DNA of 43,773 bases from Atractiella rhizophila (taxonomy: Eukaryota): contig MU271286.1 of assembly GCA_021432655.1 (NCBI GenBank), positions 1 to 43,773 of the forward strand. Reading direction: 5' to 3'. Of this stretch, positions 12,701-22,800 are shown one piece after another. Within the stretch, counting starts at the first letter, position 1, and each line of letters starts with the position of its first letter. A model generated the notes under the pieces. That model saw only the letters and a program-made list of their open reading frames with translations, did not search any database and was not told where the DNA came from. A program made the position numbers and the translations under genes.

Positions 12701-13414
12701 ACTACGGGAACTCCTCCTTTCTGAATCCTCTTCTGACTTCGCCAAAGCTGCTCGAGGAGAAATTCCGTTGGTTATCACTGTTGAAAAAGCAGACATCATG
12801 GTCGCTCTGCTTCGCCTTAAGAAGGAAGTGGAGGACAAGGTTGGTGTAGGCAGCATTAAGATGATCTTTGCTGGGGCGACAGAGGCACATCTTATTGTTC
12901 AAGAGCTCGTTCAGGCTGAAGTGCCTGTAATCCTTCTGTCGCCACGATGCTCACCAACAGACTGGGATAAGAGGAGATGGTGTGCTCTCCAGACTTTCTT
13001 ATCTGGGCGGAGCTGACGATCATACAGCCTGGATGGACCTCCTCTCTCTGATACCTCTCTTCCGGTATACCTGACCCTGAACAACGTAACTGTTGCCTTC
13101 GGAGCATACGGGGCCAATGCCTTTGCACGTTTTCGTTGGTATGAAGCTGGCTGGGCGTATAAAACGTCCGCTGGTCGAATTTCCAAAGAACAGGCGGTTG
13201 CATGGGCTGCAGGAAATTTGGAAAAGATCCTAGGTTTGGAAACAAAGGATGTCGTGGAAAAGGGAGAACTGGCAGATTTTGTCGCGTTTGAGGTGGGCTG
13301 TTACTTTAATTCGACGGGAACTTTCTGACTTGCGAGTAGGGAGATCCTTTTGAACTTAGCGGGAGACCACGAGTCGTTGCAGACGGTTCGGGGCAGGTGT
13401 TCGTTTATGAGTGA
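9790..13414 (+). CDS. Metallo-dependent amidohydrolase with two tandem domains and an N-terminal membrane anchor; one apparent frameshift near 10340
   Basis: TM segment AIWTIVVSSLLAYLVV, then DLHSHFG, RSLDGFNTHD, LPGSADSMGGQA, MKMAQGENP, NTHCYE, FHHAHE, KSDH and DIVLWDSHPLSLGATPK. The second domain lacks HxH and ends ADFVAFE|GDPF. Many ~50-nt introns; stop TGA is at 13412-13414. Confidence 0.88.
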
Positions 13415-13532
13415 ACAAGTGTCTCTACAAGCTTATGGTACGCAAGGAAGTTGTACTCAAGAGGTTGTACCCCTCTTTTTTTGCAATCATATTAAAATTC
13501 CAGTGATACTTTGCATTCTTTCACATAGAGCG

Positions 13533-14792
13533 CTATTTCAACCAAGTCTGTTTGTTCTCCTCGAAGAATCCTTTCCAGGTGTTGGGTTTCCTAGAGAGGA
13601 ATTTAAGGCTTTTCCCAAAGTCGTGCTTGCCATAATCTTTGTCCATGTCAGCAGGATTCTTTGATTCTTATCCCAAAGGATGGCTTACAAGACACCTCGT
13701 TGACAGCCCCATAAAAGTCCTTAAAGTCATCCTGGATGACTGGAGGCATGTGAGGATAAGCCGGACTTTCTTCGAAAGGCGTATAGACATATTTCGCTTT
13801 CTCTCCCGTCGCTGTTGATTCCAACAGCAAACAATCAACATACTTCTCCTTCACGCAGTAGAAGAAATCAACGAACCAGCCGCAAATTCCTCCACGATCT
13901 GCTTCATCGTAAGGTCTTCTCCTACTGCTTGGATGATCGATCCATCAGGGAACTCCCCAGTATGTTCCAGAGCAGACTGGACGAAAATTCCATAGTCGGC
14001 AGTGATGTCGATACACGCCAATTTCGTGTCAGCTTTCCAGCCGGTAGAGAGTGTGTACACGCCGTCGTCTCCCTTTTGAAAGGTCATTTGTGGGCCAAGC
14101 AAGTTTTGCATATAGCCCGCTGGCTATCATCCCAAAGCTTCGTTAATTCATACGGGGAGGAAAGGAGAGACAGATATCTTACTTCGATAGAAACCGCTCT
14201 GACATCCTCCCTCTTCTTGCTTTCTTGGAAGAGATACTCCGTTGCCCTCGCCTTACCCTCAAAATGATAAACCTTCGTATACTTCCCTCCTGTCAATTTG
14301 ACGTATGAAGGAAGACCGGACCAAAGGAAGGTTTTGACTGTAGGAATGGAGAAAGCGGCATCGATTACGACTTTTGCCTCGTTGAATTCCTAGGAAAATC
14401 AGGGTTGATTAATTGTATGCTTATGCCTTAAAAGCTAGAAAACGCACTCGTTCAATATCCAGGTGGTTCCAGAAGTTGGTCACCAACTGTATGGCGGTAT
14501 ATGAGTTCTCTAGAGGACAGAGAAGGAAAGGGACGCCTACAAAGACTGCTTCGGCTCCATCGAGTGCCGTCTTGATCTTTTTCTCGCTACCAACTTCGAC
14601 GGTAACAGCTCTCATCTCCACTCCCTCCTCTTTACCAAGAGTGACCGCGGGTTCCTTGGACGCATCACGGGTGAGGCCAATGATGCTGTATGCTTTGGGA
14701 GAGGAGCGAAGAGCGTTGACGAGCGAACCACCTTGTTTCCCTGTGATTCCGAAGATAGCGACCTTGAGTGCGTTGGAGGCGTGAGAGAGCAT
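13533..14792 (-). CDS. NmrA-like NAD(P)-binding Rossmann-fold protein
   Basis: Contains VAIFGITGKQGGSLV, TNFW, FLWSGLPS and KYTKVYHFEGKA. Multi-exon; the last exon ends ...KQTWLK with TAG at 13535-13533. Confidence 0.9.
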
Positions 14793-14880
14793 GTTGAATT
14801 GATTTTTGCGGCGACGTTCTGGTTCTCGGAGTAGATGTGTGAATTAGACTGTTGAGCTCTCTCCTTCGCGTCGATCCTGG

Positions 14881-14888
14881 TTATATAG
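14881..14888 (-). promoter_or_regulatory. Candidate TATA box of the NmrA-like gene
   Basis: CTATATAA on the minus strand, ~90 nt upstream of ATG 14792. Confidence 0.4.
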
Positions 14889-15351
14889 ACATTGCTCCGT
14901 GTCGAATACCTGGCCTTGAGCTCGGCAATGATGCAGTGATCAATCAGCGGGTACGTTGCAACAAATCCTTTGACTGGCAAGGATTACAGATTACCGAGGT
15001 CATGGTCTCCCCGAAGTCGCGACCTATTCTGACTTGCAGAGTAGAGGCAATTAGAGCCGTAGAGGAGTAACTCTCATACCGAACTTGATTCAGCAGGCTT
15101 ACATGATGCACTCCATCAATCTCGGTGACAACGGCATACATCCACGTGACTTTGTTTTCTGCCAGAGTGCTGAGTGTATGGTGTATATAGAGCACATTTT
15201 GCATCTACTCGTTACTCGGCCATTTCATTCTCATTCTTTCTTCGAGCATGGCGAGTGCAATTTCAAATAGCGTCAACTTTTATCATCATTACACTGAACC
15301 ATGCCGAAGAGAAGCACCATGGTCGCACAGGAAAATAGAGGCAATGAAATG

Positions 15352-17227
15352 CTAGAAAGACAGGGAAACAGAGAACGCTAACAATGCCGCAACAAGTAGA
15401 AACCACTGTGTCGGCTTCAACCTCTGAGCTCTTGAAGGTATCGTAGGCTTGGATGATGTCAATGAAGAAGATGATAAATCATAAGTCCTAACCCAAAAAA
15501 TAATCATCTGAAAGTAAGTAATGGTGCTTTTAAGACGTACCAGATTCCATCGAGCCTCAGCCAAATATCTGACTCTTGTCTGCTTTCAAGCAACTTCTCA
15601 CTCCCACTAGAAGTGACCAGCACACTCACTGAGACGTAGATTGTATAAATCTCACCGGACGCATTTTCGACAATGATACCCGCTTCGCAAACATCATCAT
15701 CCCCTGGGGTGGACGCCAGTGATCTTCCAGGAAAGTGCTCATACTGCTCATTATTATAGTTGACAGTGCAATTTGCATTCCTAGAACCTCTGAAACTCAT
15801 CCGCATCCCATGCTTTGCTAACCGCCAATAATGATGATAATATCAGGAAGGGGGGGAAAGGACTGACGTCTAATTTTGAACAATATGCTGGCCTGTGAGT
15901 CGATTTGAGGGGACTGTTTGGTGCATTGACCGTCGCCCGTTGAAGTGCAAGCAGAAGCAATAGCAATCCACTGCCATTCGGGCGAAAGAGCAACATCAAT
16001 CGAAGCTGTCAAATTGACCCACTCAAGCTCTGATATTGGAACGCTGGGAGAAGACAGAGTAGGAGCGGCACCTTCCACAGCGGTCAGCATTCGTGACCCT
16101 TATGGTGACATGAAACGCACTTGTAGTCAAAGACCTGGATGAGGATATTGCTGGTCCAAGGGAGAAGATGGTCGATGGTGAATGCGTTGTCGAGGGAGGA
16201 GCTGCTCGAGGGGGATTCAGCTCGGAATGTTCACAGAGCAGTGACCACGCACCCTCTGTTGTGGATGAAGACGACGTTTCAGGAAAAACAGGTGTAAAAG
16301 TTTCGGTTGGCCCTGTAGTGACAGGAGTGAGGCTATCTGTTGTCCCTAGAGAAGTAGGAGAGAAGGATCCTTCAGGTGAACGGCTAGTTTCAGAGAAAGA
16401 TCCTTCAGGGGAAGGGCTACTTTGGGAAAAGGATCCTTCTGGTGAACGGGTAGCAGAAGTAGGAGGGCTTGTGGGGAAAACATTTGGTGAGGACGTAGGA
16501 GGGCTCGTAGGAAAGACATTTAGCGAGGACGTAGGGGACGGAGGACCGCTGGCTACGTAGGGTTAAGGGATCATTGCAGCATGATACGAGATTGAGATGC
16601 ATACTCGGCTGCGGTCCTGATCCTGGAGATCCACATCTTGCTATGTAATCATCATCGTAGTAGCATTCGGAATTTGGGTCAGCTAGAACACAGATCATCA
16701 GCAAAAGTAATTGCACGACCTAATACTGAGAGGACGAACGACAGCAACCAGCTATTCCTGGCGTGACACAACCATAATAATCAGCGGGGCAGCAGAACAA
16801 GCTGCCACCGCCGATAGTTACACAACTGGGCAACCTAAGACACGTGGGATGTCAGATTTTTCTTGTTTGTTGGAGAGAATAAAGGACACACTCGGCGGCA
16901 CAGCAAGCTATTGAGAATGTGCGTTGAGATGAGCAATGGCATGACTGCATGTACGATAAAACCCTCACCACCAACCTGGTCACTGCAACAGACGTCTCCT
17001 ACCGGACAGCAATTGTCTGATGAGATGCACGACGCGAAACCAAGAGGGCAAGATTGACGTTTGTGCATCAAGCCAACGAAAGCCAACTCTGTGCCATAAT
17101 GACCGAACGGTGATCCTAGATCTCGAGGCTTTCCCCTGACAAGTAGAGGGTCTTCCCTTCGCTTGATATTGGGAACCCCAAATGCAAAAACGGCACCGAA
17201 GAGGAAGAAGAAAGAGGAGAACATCAT
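15352..17227 (-). CDS. Secreted Cys-rich / Ser-Thr-Pro-rich cell-surface protein, probably GPI-anchored
   Basis: Signal peptide MMFSSFFFLFGAVFAFG and a KR site precede several CC-containing Cys clusters, an S/T/P stalk, a globular segment and a hydrophobic C-terminus (WFLLVAALLAFSVSLSF*). All exons join in frame through GT..AG introns. Confidence 0.8.
16350..16545 (-). repeat. Coding tandem repeats in the stalk: 39-nt unit x2 (PTSS(L/P)NVFPTSP) and 33-nt unit x3 (SPEGSFS...)
   Basis: Visible on the + strand as gaggacgtagg... and aaggatccttc..ggtgaa units, and in the antisense ORF 16168 (EKDPSGE x3). Confidence 0.85.
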
Positions 17228-18435
17228 CCTGGGAGCTTGGACCTGTTAGGATCTTTCTCCATTTATGGAAGAGGCATGACTACGATTCATTGATGGGAAC
17301 GGGCTGTCAATGTTGTGGGTGCGTCTTCTGCCATTCTCTGTGAACTCTGCATTACACTGTACCTGTTCCGCGGGACATCGTCAATGCACATTTCAGAGGA
17401 GGTTGGAGGAGACGCATAGAATTGAAGTTGACACATCAAGCTTGCTGACCGTTGTCAACTGCCTTGCCAAGATATCCCCAGCTTGTCTTCATAAAATTGA
17501 AAGCGGAGGCTTCTGACCGCTACCATCGCTTGCTCTTGTCCAAAGGTCCTCTCCAGACTCACTTAGCTCACATCCGTCCTCTGTCCATGTCCTTCCGCGG
17601 TGCCCTACCCTTCCCTCGCTCACATTTTCCTAACTTTTGCTTCGCAATTCCTTTGACCATCCGCGTCCATGAATAGCAGGCCTGCTCAGATTTCAAGAGT
17701 TCAATGGTGGCGGGCGCACGTCTCCCTTGTCACATGTTCAGTCTCTTCGATTGTCGACTCCGCCACTCCATCAAGTTAAGACAATTCGAATCGTGAAGCC
17801 ACCCATCCGTTTCACCTCGCAGTCTGAGTCTGAGAGGTGCAAGTCTCTAGACGTCTGACACTCTTGTCTGACCAGAACATATATCTCACTTGCAACAACG
17901 TCAGAGGTGACAAGAAGTCATCCGTGCAATGATCAATAATTTTGTCATGTTTTGAAGCGTGAATGTAGAGCCCCAAAGAACCAGAATACTAAACCAACAA
18001 AATGTGTGTACCAAATGGTGACGCGTCAGATTATGAAGATGTTACAATGCTGAAAAGGATGAGACAGAAGCGTTTGGATTTGGGAGGAAAGCGTTGAACA
18101 GGAGGAAAGAGAGAAGTGGGAAGGAGTTCGCGCTGGGCGAGGTCGGATGGTATGAGACGAAGGACTTGGACTGGATAAGAAAAAACACAGCAAGTACCGA
18201 TTAGATGCAGGAATGAACGAAAGTAATCACAGACTAGAAAATGAAACGTAAAGAGATGGAAGCCTTAAACTCGTACGTATGGGTATACTATGAAGGAGAT
18301 AAGTGTAGAGAGCATCCTTCGAACGCTTTCGAGCGCTGTTCAAGACTTGTTGAAGGGAACTCGAGGTCCAAGATGCAGCGTGAAAATGGAGAGAAGAGAA
18401 GACGTGGCGAAGTCCGGAGGGTGGTGAAATCGAAA

Positions 18436-19480
18436 TCACATGATAGCGCACCTGCACCCCCTCTGTCCCAATTTATCCGGGTCTCCTCCCAATCCGCCAA
18501 CACTGAAACTCCTCCTCCTATCCATCCTCAAGTCCTTATTCTTACTTTTCTTCCCTCCACCACCCTCATCAACCATGACACCCTCCCAATCCTTTCCTTT
18601 CCCCTCGCCTCCCTCTCCACCCTCCCGGTCCAGAAAGTCCTCTATCACCCCAATGTTCGGGATCAAGCGCGGATTCCTCTCCCTTGCTCGTCGCACTCGC
18701 ATCGTCGAACGGATGAGCTCCTCGAACGTGCTCTCAATGTTCGTCGCCGTCTTCGCCGACGTCTCGCTGAATATGCTGCCTGTGTGGGCGGCGAAGAGGG
18801 AACCTTCAGACCATGAGACTTCGCGTGAATCTGCTAAATCGGATTTGTTGGCTGTCCATCCATCCAACACGAGTATACGCGGGTTCATGTCAGCCACAAA
18901 CATGGCAGAAGAGAGGGGTAGGTGAGAGAGGGGACGCACCGACGATGGCGAATGGGAAACAGTTGTTCTTCCTCTCCGTTTCTTCCCCCACCTCCTCATC
19001 CTCATCTATGAAGTCTACATTCTTCACGTTCCTTATCGTCTGTAAGAAGTCCGGTAGTGCGTTGAAGGATTGTTTGGAATCGATCGAATAGACGACGAGG
19101 AATGCATCGCCGTGTTGGACCGTATTTTCTCCCCAGAGCCCTCGATACTCCTCTTGGCCTGCAGTGTCGATGATTTCGATGCTGTATTCTTGGCCGTCAA
19201 CAACAAGGGAGGTCGAGTAAGAGTCCTCAATCGTAGGGTCATAGCTGGACAGCAAGTCACTCTACGTGAGACCTTCAAGAGAGGAGGAACATACTCTTCA
19301 AGGAATTCTCGACGAATGAAAGACAACGTAATGGATGATTTTCCTGTTCCACCCTCACCTACACGCCGCAGCGAGAAAACGTTTCACGTCAAACTTAGAA
19401 GCTCAAGAGATTACGATGGGAAAAAAGGACGGACCAACGATGACAATCGTAAGAGGTATGGGCTCCTTCCTCCCCGACAT
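18436..19480 (-). CDS. Ras-family small GTPase with C-terminal CaaX (4 exons)
   Basis: MSGRKEPIPLTIVIVG|EGGTGKS, YDPTIEDSY, DTAGQEEY, NKSD and ETSAK; ends CRCAIM*. Introns are 19434-19359, 19294-19245 and 18938-18852. Confidence 0.92.
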
Positions 19481-20528
19481 CGTAGGTTTTCCCCTTGCCA
19501 TTGTCGCGGTTCAAATGCACAAACTTGTCCAAATTTTCTCAAAAAAAGTCGGATTTGGTGGGGAAGAGAGGGCGCTAAAGCTGGATAAAGCTTTTACAGA
19601 AAAAATGAACAGGCAGGATGACGACTTGCGCCTCCCTACGATAGCGTCGAGCTTGATTCGATTCCTTGATTGCCTGTAGCTTGTACCTTAGACGCTTGAC
19701 CGCGCGTTGGGATTAATCGAACCCACTCGAAATTGGTCGGAATGAGCGTTTACCACGACGCAAGGGGGCAGCTGAAAGACTGGCTGAAAGAGGGTATCTA
19801 GGCGGACTTGGAAGGCGAAACGGGAGAAGAGCTAGGAGAAGGAATGATAATTCGGTCGTGGTTCGATGCAATTCCGTGCGCCAGAGTTCGGAGCGATCAT
19901 ACAAACCCCCGCCCGGGCCCAACCCCAACAACAAAGAAACAAAGGCTTCCACAAGAATCTCAGTCTATGTCGGGAGAATAGCTGAAGTAGCTGGGATAAG
20001 AGGTGGTAGATATGAAAAACAGACAGCAAAATTATACGGCCGACCATAACCAATCAAAGTGCCCGTCAGTTCTCTTTGTGGCAGTGGTTCATAGTTGGTA
20101 GTGAAGGTTTTCATCGCACCTTCACTTTCCCATTGCAAGTTCCTTGAGCCCCAGAACTGCTTTTAGACGAAGCGAGCTAGGTATCCAGATTGTTCAAATA
20201 GTTACATGACCTCACGAAGCTGTTCATTACTCCAATCTCACTCTCCAGCTGGGTTTTGAGTTCGTGACCTTGCTCTCTTACCGAAACTTTGTATGCTCAA
20301 CTCACCATTCTGGCTGCAATGCTCGTCTTTGAGATGCTGTTCCTAACCCTACAGCCATCGCCTCTCCCTCTTGCGTGTAATGGGAGAGAAGCTCTTCGAT
20401 TCGATCTTTGCTACTACTGTACTTCACGATCAATTCTCAGCGTTAGCGAAGAATCCACCCACTCGCTGACACCTTATTGCCAATCGTACATAGCAGTGTC
20501 TAGACCCGTCTTCCCTTCCCAATGCCAT

Positions 20529-21687
20529 TCAATTTTCGACAAGAAATCGGACCTTCTCTGTACTCTTTGCTAAGAGGTGATCCACCCACTTAGGTCCTTC
20601 TCCATCTTCGCAGCATGTCACGACGTTTGAACTCGTCGTTCGACCTCGTTCAGTTTGACCGCAGCCCGGGCTGGCCAGAACGACATTGATGACGAAAAGC
20701 AAACCGCCGTTATCCAGCTGGGTCAACGGATATGTGTTCAGCTTAACTGGCCGTCGTTCACTGAACCCACAGAATAGTACAACCGCTTCTTCTTGCATAT
20801 CATACAAAATGATGCCTTCTGAAGTTTTGGCAACATGGTCGATACAGTACTTTCAAGAAGCAGATTCGTGCGATGTAGTTTAGCGATGATTTCTGAAAAG
20901 GATGGTCAACTTGTGCTAGTCTCTGTGCTGTGCAAATGTGGACTAGGCTCTGAAAAGGATTTACTTGTGCTGCCATCGTTTTGCTGGTCTCTTTCAAACC
21001 AAACGTACTGCATGCAAGTCAACTTAAGATCACGCAATTCAGTAGGCGCGGATATTTTCCTTTCCTGTTTAACGGTGCTCAGGCATGCCTCCTTCTACCC
21101 TCCCATCGCAAGCAACATCAGTGAAACGTCATATGCCATGTCCTGTTCGACGAGAGCCAAATGCTCAGACTCCTCCACATAATGGCACTCCACATCTCAG
21201 GGTTCGGAACCAAGATAGCTTACTAAATAACTTATTCTCCCTCACCTTCGTGGCAAAGCTTCATGGCTCCATGTACTGTCATCGCGGACCGAACGACTTG
21301 GCATGCCAACACTATGCAGCTTCTCCTCCAAAGGCTTAAACGTTCAGAACAAAAGGGAATTCAGCATTTTCCCAAGATCCTACATCTTCATCATCGTTCG
21401 AAAGTCCAAAATTGGAGAATCCAACTAATCTCCCTTGAAGGACGAACAGTCATGCGCTTCCTCCCTTCTTCCCATACCGGTTTATCGATACCGGTGCACG
21501 GGGTCACCCCTTGATTAACGTCCCTCTTCGCAATCGCCTCGAGGGGAAGAAAACAACCATAGAAAATGTCGTCTGAAAATTTCGAACAAACGCAGTTAAC
21601 TGCTGTAAAGGCAGAAGCGGTAGAGAAGCGAAAAGAGACAAAGGAGGGCAACAAGAATGGTATGTCTTGTTTCTCCCAATGGTTCAT
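20529..21687 (-). pseudogene. Possible decayed or frameshifted secreted Cys-containing protein
   Basis: Hydrophobic leader (TILVALLCLFSL / FSTASA) is split over two frames, followed by Cys-containing ORF pieces broken by stops and frame changes. I recognise no family. Confidence 0.25.
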
Positions 21688-21904
21688 GGCAAAGCCAGAT
21701 CCCTGATAATCCTGTTAGAAAATCTGTCTAATTCCTTCAACAAGTTCCGAAACTCTCTTCATGATGAAAGGCGTCTATCTATCAGCGCCTGCGGAGGAGA
21801 TTCTCTTGCTTCCCAAGTTCCAGTCCAGCCTTCGATGACGGCGAGAGAACCGGATGCAAAGCAAAGTCAGTAAGACATCGCTTTCTAGTCGATTTGCAGT
21901 ATTA

Positions 21905-22180
21905 ATGTCATCTACAGAGCCTCTACCTGACCCCGGTCAGCACTTGGGGCCGACTCCTATCGAGGACAGACCACCGTCCCTTGTTATTTTCGGAGTGCAG
22001 GAGAATGTCAGACTTCGACACTCGCCAGTAGTCCCAATATCCTCTACATCTGCAACGTTGCCACAGATACCGACCGAGCAGAAGAGAAAGAGAGTATTCA
22101 TACCCGTTAATGCAGATTTAAACAAGGAGAAGGCGGAAGAGAGGGAGAAGGAGAGAGGCAGGAGCTTGACTAGGATGTGA
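21905..22180 (+). CDS. Small hypothetical protein (~91 aa)
   Basis: ATG-started part of ORF 21854-22180 with protein-like composition (Pro-rich start, charged C-terminus). I recognise no domain. Confidence 0.3.
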   Translation: MSSTEPLPDPGQHLGPTPIEDRPPSLVIFGVQENVRLRHSPVVPISSTSATLPQIPTEQKRKRVFIPVNADLNKEKAEEREKERGRSLTRM

Positions 22181-22800
22181 GAGTGAGAAGCGGGAACAAC
22201 TTGATCAGTTTCTGCTGGTCTCTCATATGCGATGGTTTTCTTTGACGAAGAAACACGACTGCCGATAAAGTGTAATTGTTATTGTTGTAATAGGAATGTT
22301 GCAGTTACAAGGCTCAGAATAGTACACACTTCCAGTTCTAGGTAGATTAACCACTACAAATTTCTACCTAAAAGAAGTACATTTGCATGATGCAGTAATA
22401 AATCACGTGTGATAGATAAACGGGCGGTAGACCCTTTCTAATGAGTTGTTATATTGTCCCAAGCATATCAACAGAAAGTACTTGACTGTGTAAGGACGTG
22501 GGATATCCATTTGGGGTGTCAATTGTGCGACACCGCTGCCCGATGTGTACAGGAGAATTACGCGCCTATTCAGCAATTTTTCCACACACCCACCCGTATC
22601 ACGTAAACTCTTCTTCCTCATCCTCTCCTTCGTGTTATTTCCTGCGACATTGATACATTGAGAATATTATTGATATTGGTTCAGATATTGGCTGAGATAC
22701 GTGTCGTCGGCTCCGGGGGAACCTTTTTCCTAATTGCACACGCAACACGAAACCAACAAGACCTCCCTTTTCAATCTCGTTCCTGAGGGAGTACAGCACG

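Noticed and set aside
14852..15270. Short overlapping ORFs between the NmrA-like and surface-protein genes
   Set aside because: They show no motif and lie in the expected promoter/3' UTR space.
16168..16560. Plus-strand ORF with EKDPSGE repeats
   Set aside because: It is antisense to the S/T/P stalk exon of the surface protein.
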